NCBI GenBank assembly: GCA_021793015.1
Contig: JAJYTO010000001.1
Coordinates: forward strand, 7,738-71,737
Direction: 5' to 3'
Source: Bacillota bacterium
GTDB taxonomy: Bacteria > Bacillota > Bacilli > Alicyclobacillales > SLC66
DNA: 64,000 nucleotides
A model generated the notes under the pieces. That model was given only the letters and a program-made list of their open reading frames with translations. It ran no database searches and was not told the DNA's origin. Numbering within the stretch: position 1 is the first letter of the stretch; each line of letters opens with the position of its first letter. Of this stretch, positions 1 to 9,250 are shown one piece after another. A program made the position numbers and the translations under genes.

Positions 1-71
1 TACTGGCCGGAACAGAGGCCGCGTACGGGCCGCCGACCACTGGCCACGGACAGAAACGGAGGCCGCCTACC

Positions 72-1025
72 CTACTTCGCCGGCAGAATTTGCGAAAACA
101 CTCGCAACCAGTTCCCGCCAGCCACCTTGGTCAGCACTTCCGACCCATACCTCCGTTCCAGTTTCTCAAGCAGCAGCGGATAGTCGGATCCATTGCGCAG
201 ATCGGCGAGCGTCGTATCGATCCCGTCAAAGTCGGAGCCAAGCGCCACGCCGTCGGGACCCGCGACGGTCAGCAAATGATCGATGTGCCGAAGCAAATCC
301 TCACTGGCAAGCACGTTTTTGTCGCCGATGAAGCCGGGCACGAACGTGGCGCCAACGATTCCGCCGGTGGCTGCAATGCCCCGCACCTGATCATCGCTCA
401 GATTGCGCCGATGGGCATGGATCGCTGCCGCATTGCTGTGCGACGCGACGACAGGTCCTCCATAAATATCCAGAACGTCCCACACGCCGCGCTCCGCAAG
501 GTGCGACACGTCGACAACCATGCCGAGCGAACGCATGGTGCGAACCACGTCCCGTCCGAACTGGGAGAGGCCTGCGCCCCGCGCCTCGCCCACCCCATCG
601 GCAACGCTGTTGGCGCCATTCCAGGTCAATCCGATCAGGCGCACGCCGAGACGAAACAGAGCATGGAGCACGCCAATCTGCCCGTTTAGCGCATCCGCGC
701 CCTCCAGTGACAAGAGGGCGGCCCGTTGTCCGCTTTGCAGTACGGCCTGAAGATCATGCGCCGAAAAAACCGGAGCGATTATACCGGGTTTTGCCACCTC
801 TCGATAAAATCGATCCAGCGAAGCCAGGACCTTGTACAACTGCTCGCTGGGGGTCAGTCTGGGCTCTACAAAGGTCACAAACACCTGCACGTCAATACCG
901 CTGGCCGCCATATGCGAGAAACTCTGCTGCAACTTCGAATCCGGGTCATAAAATCCTAACCCTTCCCCTTCCATGCGATACAGAATATCCGCATGCCCGT
1001 CAACCACCCATTGTCCGTTATACAT
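72..1025 (-). CDS. Membrane dipeptidase (peptidase M19 family)
   Basis: 317-aa ORF. N-terminal DGHADILYR, HSNA and LGSDFDG motifs are typical of renal-dipeptidase-type M19 enzymes. Confidence 0.8.
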   Translation of the reverse strand: MYNGQWVVDGHADILYRMEGEGLGFYDPDSKLQQSFSHMAASGIDVQVFVTFVEPRLTPSEQLYKVLASLDRFYREVAKPGIIAPVFSAHDLQAVLQSGQRAALLSLEGADALNGQIGVLHALFRLGVRLIGLTWNGANSVADGVGEARGAGLSQFGRDVVRTMRSLGMVVDVSHLAERGVWDVLDIYGGPVVASHSNAAAIHAHRRNLSDDQVRGIAATGGIVGATFVPGFIGDKNVLASEDLLRHIDHLLTVAGPDGVALGSDFDGIDTTLADLRNGSDYPLLLEKLERRYGSEVLTKVAGGNWLRVFSQILPAK

Positions 1026-1040
1026 GGATGTGTTCCCCTC

Positions 1041-1817
1041 CTACTCGGCTACGATTATGCGCTCGATCTGCGTCGCACGCCCTCCCGCCCCTACTGTCAA
1101 TATCACTGCGGATAGTTGCCTGGGTCCGTCCGCGACCGAAAACCGGGCCGGCATCTGATCAATAAACCGCTTCATCACCGTGGAGCGCTCCATGCCAAGG
1201 ATGCCGTCTCTGGGACCTGTCATGCCGACGTCCGTCAGAAACGCGGTGCCATTCGGCAAAATACGTTCATCCGCCGTCTGAACATGCGTGTGCGTGCCGA
1301 CGACGGCTGACACGCGTCCCGTTGCATACCATCCCATGGCCAGTTTCTCCGAAGTCGCCTCGGCGTGAAAATCCACAAATATATGATCGGTGACAGAACT
1401 CAATTGGTCAACCATATGATCCAATGTACGAAAAGGACAATCGGCCAAATTCATAAACGTGCGTCCCACGAGATTCGCAACGGCCACTGGCTGCACCCCG
1501 ACCTGCACCACCGTATAGCCATGTCCCGGAACGTCCGGATGCAGATTGGCGGGGCGGCAGATTCGACGGTCGCTCGCCAGCAGTGAGACGGTCTCCTTCT
1601 GGTCCCATGCATGATTGCCCAAGGTGATGACATCAACGCCGCTGTCATACAAGTGCTCCGCCGCCGTCTCAGTGATCCCGCGCCCATTGCTCGCGGAATT
1701 CTCGCCATTGGCGATGACCAGATCCGGCGCGTAGCTGCGACGCAGATGTGGGAGCAAATCCCTCACATACATGAGACCCTGCCTGCCTGTGACATCTCCA
1801 ATGAACAATATTTTCAT
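1041..1817 (-). CDS. ymdB: YmdB-like metallophosphoesterase (2',3'-cyclic-nucleotide 2'-phosphodiesterase)
   Basis: MKILFIGDVTGRQG, GENSASNGRGIT, LGNHAWD, DFHAEATSEK and GTHTHVQTADE motifs. Lies directly downstream of rny as in B. subtilis. Start moved to the ATG at 1817, preceded by AAGGGGA. Confidence 0.85.
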   Translation of the reverse strand: MKILFIGDVTGRQGLMYVRDLLPHLRRSYAPDLVIANGENSASNGRGITETAAEHLYDSGVDVITLGNHAWDQKETVSLLASDRRICRPANLHPDVPGHGYTVVQVGVQPVAVANLVGRTFMNLADCPFRTLDHMVDQLSSVTDHIFVDFHAEATSEKLAMGWYATGRVSAVVGTHTHVQTADERILPNGTAFLTDVGMTGPRDGILGMERSTVMKRFIDQMPARFSVADGPRQLSAVILTVGAGGRATQIERIIVAE

Positions 1818-1930
1818 CAAACGCATCCCCTTGTCGCTTCCACGAATCATCACCCGGGCACACCCGCTTCGAGGGACGCCACTCATGGCCACCGCTGCAA
1901 AGAAAAATAAGGGCAGCCAATAGGCCGCCG

Positions 1931-3484
1931 TTATTTTGCGTATTCCACTGCTCTTGTCTCGCGGATGACTGTGACCTTGATTTGCCCTGGATAATCGAGT
2001 TCATTCTCAATGCGTTTCGATATCTCCCGAGCCACCCTAACTGACTCAGCATCATCAACCTGCTCAGGTTTCACTATAATGCGAATCTCTCTACCCGCCT
2101 GGATGGCGTACGACTTGTCCACGCCGCTAAAGGAACAGGCGATTTCTTCTAGTCTCTCCAGCCGCTTCAAATATACGTCGAGCGATTCCCTTCGCGCTCC
2201 CGGACGCGCTGCAGACAGTGCATCTGCCGCCCCGACCACAACCGATATGGGAGACGTATACTCGATATCTCCGTGATGAGCGCCGATTGCGTTGATCACG
2301 ACCGGATGCTCCTTGTATTTTCTGGCCAGATCTACGCCGATTTCCACATGAGACCCTTCCACCTCATGCGTGATCGCCTTGCCCACATCGTGCAAAAGTC
2401 CGCCCCGCTTCGCAAGAGCAACGTCAAGCCCCAGTTCGGCCGCCATCAATCCTGCCAAATGCGCCACTTCAATTGAGTGTTTGAGCACATTCTGCCCGTA
2501 GCTGGTGCGATACTTCAGCCGACCCAGAACCTTGATCAGATCAGGGTGGATCCCATGAACACCCGTCTCAAACGTCGCCTGCTCGCCTTCTTCACGAACA
2601 CGTTCATCGACCTCGCGCTTGGCCTTTTCAACCATTTCTTCGATGCGCGCCGGGTGAATCCGTCCATCGGCCACAAGTTTTTCCAGCGAAATCCGTGCAA
2701 TTTCACGACGAATCGGGTCAAATCCTGACAAAATAACGGCTTCTGGCGTGTCGTCGATAATCAAATCCACACCCGTGAGAGTTTCCAGGGTACGAATGTT
2801 TCGGCCTTCACGTCCGATGATTCGACCCTTCATTTCATCACTGGGAAGAGCCACCACAGACACTGTGGTTTCAGCCACATGATCTGCGGCGCAACGCTGA
2901 ATTGCGATAGCGATAATCTCCTTCGCCTTGCGCTCTGCCTCTTCCTTCGCCTGTTGCTCGATTTCTTTCATCAACAAAGCCGCATCGTGTTTACACTCAG
3001 AGCGCACCTGCGTCAAAATCAGTTCCCTGGCTTCCGCACCTGTCAATCCGGATATCCGCTCCAGTTCCTCGGCCTGATGCTTTGACGCCTCTTCCACGCG
3101 ACGCCGCTGCTCTCCGAGAATTCGCTCGTCAGCACTCAGACTCTCACCGCGCTTCTCAAGGGCTTCCGTTTTCCGGTCCAAGGCTTCTTCCTTTTGCAAA
3201 AGCCTGCGCTCAAGCTTTTGAACCTCCATTCGCCGTTCCCGCAACTCACGCTCCGCGTCGTTGCGAATGCGATGGCCTTCTTCCTTTGCCTCCAACACGG
3301 CTTCCTTCATCTTGTTTTCCGCCGTGTGACGCGCAGACTCGACCAACTGCTCCGCTTGGGCCCGTGCCCCAGCCAGGGACAACTCCACTGACCTGGCACG
3401 CGTCGTTATCCAAACAAACATTCCCCCGCCCACCACTACGGCCGTTATAAGGAGCGCAATGATGAACACCAAGGAGGATACCAT
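1931..3484 (-). CDS. rny: Ribonuclease Y
   Basis: N-terminal TM helix, coiled coil, KH motif [12 protein letters not shown] and HD motif LLHDVGKA. Start set at [12 protein letters not shown] (ATG 3484), giving about 517 aa. Confidence 0.92.
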   Translation of the reverse strand: MVSSLVFIIALLITAVVVGGGMFVWITTRARSVELSLAGARAQAEQLVESARHTAENKMKEAVLEAKEEGHRIRNDAERELRERRMEVQKLERRLLQKEEALDRKTEALEKRGESLSADERILGEQRRRVEEASKHQAEELERISGLTGAEARELILTQVRSECKHDAALLMKEIEQQAKEEAERKAKEIIAIAIQRCAADHVAETTVSVVALPSDEMKGRIIGREGRNIRTLETLTGVDLIIDDTPEAVILSGFDPIRREIARISLEKLVADGRIHPARIEEMVEKAKREVDERVREEGEQATFETGVHGIHPDLIKVLGRLKYRTSYGQNVLKHSIEVAHLAGLMAAELGLDVALAKRGGLLHDVGKAITHEVEGSHVEIGVDLARKYKEHPVVINAIGAHHGDIEYTSPISVVVGAADALSAARPGARRESLDVYLKRLERLEEIACSFSGVDKSYAIQAGREIRIIVKPEQVDDAESVRVAREISKRIENELDYPGQIKVTVIRETRAVEYAK

Positions 3485-3609
3485 ACTTGCATCTGCCCCC
3501 CACCTCACCCGAGAGGGATGCTGAGCAACATTCAGGATGTAACGGACTGCTCCAGACACTTTCAACCGCTATCACACATACAATTGGCACAGCAGGTATA
3601 CGCATCTTA

Positions 3610-3638
3610 ATTATATGATACATGTAAATCCCTGTCAA
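3610..3638 (-). promoter_or_regulatory. Sigma-A type promoter for rny
   Basis: Minus strand reads TTGACA, a 17-nt spacer, then TATAAT. Both hexamers are perfect consensus, about 120 nt upstream of the rny start. Confidence 0.7.
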
Positions 3639-3777
3639 CCACACAATCTGATCCAACTGATCCAGTCTGACCGTCGATTCACTCCTGGTCGATTCGTTCC
3701 TATATGGCATGCGCGACATGTCCCGGGCTTCGCGCGACGCCGTCCCCGATCGCTTCGAGTTCCTGCATGGAGCGCGA

Positions 3778-4527
3778 CTATGTATCGTCATCCTGTCGCA
3801 ATTTACGCAGAGTCGTCCGTACGGTCTCCCCTGCATACCCCTTGCGATACAGATAACCAGCCACAAGTTCCCATCGCTTTTGATTCCGTTCCCTGTCGCT
3901 CCATGTGACAGCATCACGAGCGAGTTTCCTGTCAATCTCTGCAAGCTTACGACGACCGTCCTGAAAAGCCCCCGACGATTCGTCGTATCGACTGGCGCGA
4001 AGGGCCTGGCGCACCTGATCCGCCGAGATTCCGCGAGACAGCATGCGTTGGGCCAGGTCCCGCTTACTCCGCAGCGTTCCGCTGGAAAGCGTCTGTTCGA
4101 CATAACGTTCACTGAGCTCCATATCGTTCAGGAGACTCTGCTCCTTAAGCCAACGCACCACTTCCTCTGCCACCGAAGAATGGTACGAGTGTCTGATCAG
4201 ATGCCGCTTCACCTCGGTCTCCGTACGGGAGCGTCTAGCCAGATAGCCGAGGCTCAGTTCGCGCGCCTCAGACACTGTGTCCGCCCGCAAGAGTTCCTGG
4301 CGCACCGTTTCAGTAAACACCGTCCCGGCATGAATGTTCCGTTGCGACAAACTCATCGCGAGAAAAGGCCCGACGATCGTTCCGTCCGACAGATGCAGCA
4401 ACCGCCGCTGGGGATTTTCTGGATCGAGGTCCTGGCGCACAACCGTCAACTCGCCATGATCAGCCATCTCGACGATCACTCCATCCGAACACTCTGCCAC
4501 ACCCGCGTGACATGGCCTTGGGGACAT
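3778..4527 (-). CDS. recX: Recombination regulator RecX
   Basis: Repeated three-helix RecX-type segments (YLARRSRTETEVKRHL, LSRGISADQVRQAL, GYLYRKGYAGETV). Lies immediately downstream of recA. Start is uncertain: the ATG at 4527 lies inside the repeat terminus, and the ATG at 4467 (MADHGEL) is the alternative. Confidence 0.72.
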   Translation of the reverse strand: MSPRPCHAGVAECSDGVIVEMADHGELTVVRQDLDPENPQRRLLHLSDGTIVGPFLAMSLSQRNIHAGTVFTETVRQELLRADTVSEARELSLGYLARRSRTETEVKRHLIRHSYHSSVAEEVVRWLKEQSLLNDMELSERYVEQTLSSGTLRSKRDLAQRMLSRGISADQVRQALRASRYDESSGAFQDGRRKLAEIDRKLARDAVTWSDRERNQKRWELVAGYLYRKGYAGETVRTTLRKLRQDDDT

Positions 4528-4578
4528 GTGATGAACCCAATTTCGGCAGGCGCAGTGCGGACTTTATCACATGTCCCC
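4520..4578. mobile_element. MITE-like palindromic element, short (59-bp) copy 1
   Basis: GGGGACATGTGAT...ATCACATGTCCCC inverted termini. Aligns with both ends of the longer copies at 12793 and 40611, but the interior is deleted. Lies between the recA stop and recX. Confidence 0.6.
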
Positions 4579-4582
4579 TTGA

Positions 4583-5632
4583 TTACTCTTCAAACTCAAA
4601 GTCTTCATCATCTTCCGTTTGCTGTGGCGTGACCGCGACGCCAGGGGACATGATGCTTAACTCGCGGATCCTGGCGTCAATCTGGTCCGCCATGGCCGGA
4701 TGTTCCTTCAGAAACTGTTTGGCGTTTTCCTTGCCCTGACCCAGACGCTCATCTCCATACGAGTACCATGCACCGCTCTTTTGGATAATCTCAAGTTCCG
4801 TTCCAATGTCGACAATGCTCCCCACGCGAGAAATGCCTTCGCCAAACATGATATCCACTTCAACCTGCTTGAAGGGTGGGGCCACCTTATTTTTGACTAC
4901 CTTGATTTTTGTCCGATTGCCGACGAGGTCGTTGCCCTGTTTCAGGGACTCCCCCCTGCGAACCTCAAGCCTGATCGTGGAATAAAACTTGAGTGCGCGG
5001 CCCCCGGTCGTTGTCTCGGGATTGCCGAACATCACTCCGACTTTCTCGCGAATCTGATTGATGAAGATCGTAATGGTTCTTGATTTATTGATCGCGCCGC
5101 TGAGTTTACGGAGCGCTTGGGACATCAGTCGCGCATGCAGTCCCACATGGGAGTCGCCCATCTCCCCTTCGATCTCCGCTTTTGGCACGAGGGCGGCTAC
5201 GGAGTCGATCACGATAATCTCCACAGCGCCGCTGCGCACCAGCGCCTCCGCGATTTCAAGAGCCTGCTCTCCCGTGTCGGGTTGGGAAATGAGCATCTCA
5301 TCGATGTTGACCCCCAGATTCTGCGCATACAATGGATCGAGCGCATGCTCCGCGTCGATGAATGCGGCCTGCCCACCCTGTCGCTGCACCTCTGCAATCG
5401 CATGCAATGCAACCGTTGTCTTTCCGGAAGACTCCGGTCCGTAAATTTCAATAATCCTGCCCCTGGGCAACCCGCCGACGCCAAGCGCGATGTCAATCGC
5501 CAATGAGCCCGATGATATGGTCTCCACGTTCATCGTCGCGCTCGCCTCGCCAAGCCGCATGATCGAACCTTTGCCAAACTGCTTCTCAATCTGTTTCAGT
5601 GCCTGCTCTAATGCGCTCTTCCGATCCGCCAC
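4583..5632 (-). CDS. recA: Recombinase RecA
   Basis: [19 protein letters not shown] and Walker [10 protein letters not shown]. Start set at GTG 5632 ([10 protein letters not shown]) behind AGAGGGTGGG, giving 349 aa. The longer ORF start lies inside a repeat hairpin. Confidence 0.95.
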   Translation of the reverse strand: MADRKSALEQALKQIEKQFGKGSIMRLGEASATMNVETISSGSLAIDIALGVGGLPRGRIIEIYGPESSGKTTVALHAIAEVQRQGGQAAFIDAEHALDPLYAQNLGVNIDEMLISQPDTGEQALEIAEALVRSGAVEIIVIDSVAALVPKAEIEGEMGDSHVGLHARLMSQALRKLSGAINKSRTITIFINQIREKVGVMFGNPETTTGGRALKFYSTIRLEVRRGESLKQGNDLVGNRTKIKVVKNKVAPPFKQVEVDIMFGEGISRVGSIVDIGTELEIIQKSGAWYSYGDERLGQGKENAKQFLKEHPAMADQIDARIRELSIMSPGVAVTPQQTEDDEDFEFEE

Positions 5633-5681
5633 CCAGATTCCCACCCTCTGCGTTCGATTCAAGCCGATTGTTCGTACTGCG

Positions 5682-5942
5682 CTATCCCGAAAATACGGTG
5701 GTCCCTGCCTGTCAGGACGGATCATGCATGCCGCTGCCGCTCAGACAGCCGCGGCCTAAAGGCCGCTAATACTCGCTGCAGCGGCATGCATGATCCGTCC
5801 TGGCGAGAGTCCCCCGCTGTCGCTAAACTCGCGACGGGCGCAATATATGTCTCCTCCCCGAGCGGGCCTTGCGCCTGTGAAAAAACTACTCGGCACCTTT
5901 TTCATTCCCTGATGGTGCTGCGAAGCAGCATGAATCTCTATC
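5682..5942. repeat. Modular intergenic repeat cluster R1 (hp2 hairpin, 3' half of hp1, T unit)
   Basis: Shares long near-identical stretches with the clusters at 20046, 30204, 53531 and 63369. Contains a 25-bp perfect inverted repeat (5713-5737 / 5778-5802). Confidence 0.9.
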
Positions 5943-5945
5943 ATC

Positions 5946-5985
5946 ATTGTACTAGGTCGCGCTCCAAAACACAAACATTTGTTCG
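5946..5985 (-). promoter_or_regulatory. Candidate SOS-regulated promoter: LexA (Cheo) box overlapping the -35
   Basis: Minus strand reads CGAACAAATGTTTG (5972-5985), matching 13 of 14 positions of the Gram-positive LexA consensus CGAACRNRYGTTYC. It is followed by -35 TTGTGT (5969-5974), a 17-nt spacer and -10 TACAAT (5946-5951). Confidence 0.5.
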
Positions 5986-6033
5986 GACATGTGCGATCGT
6001 ACCAAGCCGGCGACGCAGCCCCGCAAAACGCAC

Positions 6034-6070
6034 AAAACCGCGGCATGCGCAGAAGCGCCGCCGCGGTTTT
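6034..6070. terminator. Bidirectional intrinsic terminator-like hairpin (end of the helicase transcription unit)
   Basis: AAAACCGCGGC, a 15-nt loop, then GCCGCGGTTTT. A GC stem is flanked by A and T runs on both strands. Lies between the helicase stop and the candidate recA promoter. Confidence 0.5.
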
Positions 6071-6240
6071 CGCCGCGAATTCGATCACAGATCACAGGCA
6101 CAGTCTGCCAGCGCACCAACCCCACCAACCGCCCCGCGTCCGGAGAAGCGTCGTTCCCGCCCCGGAGACGGCGCCGCGCCTCTTGCATTCTGCAACCGGA
6201 CGCGGACAACGAAGACAGACGGGAAGAGACGCTGCCCAGC

Positions 6241-6336
6241 GCATGCGGTCACGCATGTCGACACATGCGCGATCACACATGCGCTCGCATGACTAGTCAC
6301 GTGCGTGTCGACGCATGCGGTCACACGTATGGTCAG
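6241..6336. repeat. Degenerate ~12-bp periodic array (CATGCGnTCAC-like, ~8 units)
   Basis: Units are gcatgcggtcac, gcatgtcgacac, atgcgcgatcacac, atgcgctcgc, atgactagtcac, gtgcgtgtcgac, gcatgcggtcacac and gtatggtcag. Lies immediately 3' of the helicase stop. Confidence 0.6.
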
Positions 6337-7946
6337 TCTTGGCGTCCGCCGCCGTAGCGGCGCGAGGAACCTCCCATGCCACGCGGTTTCGCGGGTTCCA
6401 AATTGACCCGATAGCCGTTAACCCGCGCCTGGCGCAGCGCCTCAAACACGAACGGCGCGGACTCCTCCTCGACCTCGACGAACGTGAACTTCTCAAAAAT
6501 GTCGATCTTGCCGACTGCGGCGCTGGGGATTCCCGACTCTTCCGAAATCATCCGCACCATATCGCCAGGGCCCATCCGCGCGCTGCGGCCAATATTGACA
6601 AAGAAGCGAACCATACCCGGCGCTCCGCCGGTGTCTCCGAAATCGTACTGACCCGTTTCTTCCGATTCAAGCTCACCGGCGGAAGCGAGCTTCAACGCCG
6701 CAGCGGCGAGATCAATCGGATCAAGTTCATCCACCAATTTGCCAAGCAGCGCTCGATAGTGCCCCAGCCCGCCCTCCTGAACGGTGGACTGCAGACGATC
6801 GCGCCAAATCTCCGCCTGCCGCTCCGCAACATCCGCCAGCGACGGCACCTCACGCCCCTCAATGGACGCCTTTGTTTCACGCTGAATCGTCTTTAGCAGC
6901 TTGAATTCGCGAGGCGTGACGAGGGTGATCGCCAAACCGCGCTTGCCGGCCCGGCCCGTCCGTCCGACGCGATGGACATACGCTTCAGTGTCCTGTGGAA
7001 TGTCGTAGTTCACAACATGGGTCACGTTGCCGACATCAATGCCGCGAGCCGCCACGTCAGTCGCGACCAAAAGCTCGATCTCGCCGCCGCGGAATTTCTT
7101 CATCACACGATCACGCTGCGCCTGGCTCAGGTCTCCATGAAGGCCGTCCGCCAGATACCCCCGCGATATCAGCGCTTCCGCCAGCTCATCGACGCCCCGC
7201 TTGGTGCGGCAGAAGATGATGCCGAGCGTGACGTCCTCGCTGTCGATGACCCGACACATGCTGTCCAGTTTTGTGCGCTCAAGAACCTTGTAGAACACCT
7301 GGTCGATCTGAGGCACGGTCATCTCGCCATGCGTCATCTGAACGTGTTCCGGCGCCTTCATGTAGCGGTTTGCGAGGCGCCGCACTTCAGGAGGAATGGT
7401 GGCGGAGAACAGCAGTGTCTGCCGTTCTGCGGGAATCGTTTGCAGAATCGATTCGATGTCCTCAATAAAGCCCATGTCCAGCATCTCGTCTGCTTCGTCC
7501 AGCACGACCGTCTGCACTTTGTCAAGCTTGAGTGTTCCGCGGCGCAGGTGGTCGAGAACCCGTCCTGGGGTCCCGATGACGATGTTGACCCCCTGTTCCA
7601 GCGCGCGAATCTGATGACCAATGGACTGTCCGCCATAAATGGGCAGCGTCCGCACACGCTTAAATTTTGCGATCTTGCGCATTTCACCGGCAACCTGAAT
7701 AGCCAGTTCGCGCGTGGGCAACAGTACGATCGACTGGACGTGGCGACCGGTTCCCGCAATCTCCACAAGCGGAATGCCAAACGCGGCCGTCTTTCCGGTT
7801 CCTGTCTGGGCCTGTCCGATGACATCCTTACCGTCAAGAATCAGCGGAATACACGTACTCTGAATCGGAGACGGCTCCTCATAGCCCATCTCATTGATCG
7901 CTTCCTGCAGTTTCTTACTCAAAGCAAATTCTAAAAAAGTCGTCAT
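6333..7946 (-). CDS. DEAD-box ATP-dependent RNA helicase (CshA/DeaD-like) with C-terminal RNA-binding domain and RGG-like tail
   Basis: Q motif GYEEPSPIQ, AQTGTGKTAAF, VLDEADEMLD, SAT and HRVGRTGRAG. C-terminal DbpA-like segment, ending in GMGGSSRRYGGGRQD. Confidence 0.9.
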   Translation of the reverse strand: MTTFLEFALSKKLQEAINEMGYEEPSPIQSTCIPLILDGKDVIGQAQTGTGKTAAFGIPLVEIAGTGRHVQSIVLLPTRELAIQVAGEMRKIAKFKRVRTLPIYGGQSIGHQIRALEQGVNIVIGTPGRVLDHLRRGTLKLDKVQTVVLDEADEMLDMGFIEDIESILQTIPAERQTLLFSATIPPEVRRLANRYMKAPEHVQMTHGEMTVPQIDQVFYKVLERTKLDSMCRVIDSEDVTLGIIFCRTKRGVDELAEALISRGYLADGLHGDLSQAQRDRVMKKFRGGEIELLVATDVAARGIDVGNVTHVVNYDIPQDTEAYVHRVGRTGRAGKRGLAITLVTPREFKLLKTIQRETKASIEGREVPSLADVAERQAEIWRDRLQSTVQEGGLGHYRALLGKLVDELDPIDLAAAALKLASAGELESEETGQYDFGDTGGAPGMVRFFVNIGRSARMGPGDMVRMISEESGIPSAAVGKIDIFEKFTFVEVEEESAPFVFEALRQARVNGYRVNLEPAKPRGMGGSSRRYGGGRQD

Positions 7947-7967
7947 TCCATCACCCTCATCATTGTT

Positions 7968-9212
7968 TTAACTGTGTTTTACCTGTTGCAGCAGCAAATG
8001 CAGAGCCGCCTTGGCCGACCGAATCCGGATCTGCGTCCGGTCGCCCGAAAATACGCGTTTCTTCACGACAACGCCGCGTTCACTGGCAACAGCCAGATAC
8101 ACGAGACCCACCGGTTTGTCAGGTGTGCCTCCGGACGGCCCGGCTATGCCCGTGACGCTCACCCCGTAATCAGCGGCCATAAGACGGCGAACTCCGATGG
8201 CCATCTCCCCGGCAGCCTCACCGCTGACGGCGCCGTGGGTCGCGAGAATTTCGGGCGGCACGCAAAGCAGGCGCTCTTTCACGTCATCGTCATAGGCGAC
8301 AACGCTCCCATGGAGACAGTCAGAACTGCCGGGAATGTCCACCAACAGGGAGGTCAACAGGCCCCCCGTACAACTCTCGGCGCATGTCACGCGCGCACGC
8401 CTGGCGCGCAGCGCCTTAAGGACCGTCTGCGCAAGTGAGTCATCGTCAAACCCATAGACGTATTGTCCCAGCCGTTCAAGCAACGCGGACTCCACGGGAG
8501 CGATCATCTCGCGGGCCGCCTGTTCGCTTGCGGCGCGAGCCGTGATGCGCAGCGCCATCTCGCCTTCAGACGCCAGAGGCGCAATGGTGGGATTGGACTG
8601 CCCGCGCAGGATGTCTTCCACCCGCTGATGCGCCTCAGACTCGCCGATTCCGTAGAGGCGAATCATGCGGCTGACAATCGCGTCGCCGCCTCCGAGCGAG
8701 AGGAGCACAGACCGCACCGACTCCCGGTACATGGGCTGCATCTCAAGCGGCGGTCCGGGCAGCAGAAAAATATGTCGGCCCTTCCACTCCACATGCTGAC
8801 CCGGCGCCGTACCCCGAGCGTTTGGAATAAATACCGCCGAACCGATGCGCATAGCCTGCTGCCGATTCGAATCGGTCGGCACGCGACCCAGACGCGTGAA
8901 ATATGGAGCGACATACGCGTCAAACGCTTCCTGGGAAAACACAAGCGGCAATCCACAAGCGTCCGCAACCGCGGAGCGCGTCAAATCGTCGTCCGTAGGC
9001 CCCAGTCCGCCGGTTACGATGATCACTTGAGATCGCTTCAAAGCAAGCGTCACGGTGTTCATCAGACGTTCTCTATTATCGCCAACGGCAGTGTGAAAAT
9101 AGACAGCCACTCCCATCGCCGCCAAATCAAGCGACAGATGCCGGGCGTGCGTGTTGTCGATCTGACCAAGCAAGATCTCTGTGCCGACAGCGATAATTTC
9201 AGCGGTGATCAT
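7968..9212 (-). CDS. cinA: Competence/damage-inducible protein CinA (MoCF-binding plus PncC-like domains)
   Basis: MITAEIIAVGTEILLGQIDNT N-terminus and C-terminal CAESCTGGLL. Start set at ATG 9212 behind GGGGGTGGCGGGAG. The pgsA-cinA order matches B. subtilis. Confidence 0.9.
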   Translation of the reverse strand: MITAEIIAVGTEILLGQIDNTHARHLSLDLAAMGVAVYFHTAVGDNRERLMNTVTLALKRSQVIIVTGGLGPTDDDLTRSAVADACGLPLVFSQEAFDAYVAPYFTRLGRVPTDSNRQQAMRIGSAVFIPNARGTAPGQHVEWKGRHIFLLPGPPLEMQPMYRESVRSVLLSLGGGDAIVSRMIRLYGIGESEAHQRVEDILRGQSNPTIAPLASEGEMALRITARAASEQAAREMIAPVESALLERLGQYVYGFDDDSLAQTVLKALRARRARVTCAESCTGGLLTSLLVDIPGSSDCLHGSVVAYDDDVKERLLCVPPEILATHGAVSGEAAGEMAIGVRRLMAADYGVSVTGIAGPSGGTPDKPVGLVYLAVASERGVVVKKRVFSGDRTQIRIRSAKAALHLLLQQVKHS

Positions 9213-9250
9213 CTCCCGCCACCCCCGAGCCGTACATTTCGCGCCCTGAA

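Noticed and set aside
5651-5690. Two CGAAC words close to the recA start, as a possible proximal LexA box.
   Set aside because: Neither is followed by GTTC or GTTT at the required 4-nt spacing (GAACAATCGGCT and GAACGCAGAGGG). The complete box is at 5972-5985.
5756-6357. Several 80-170-aa ORFs on both strands in the helicase-recA spacer.
   Set aside because: They are Arg/Pro/Cys/His-rich, partly encoded by palindromic repeats (the same peptide appears on both strands), have no SD and are mutually overlapping. The region is better explained as repeat cluster, promoter, terminator and periodic array.
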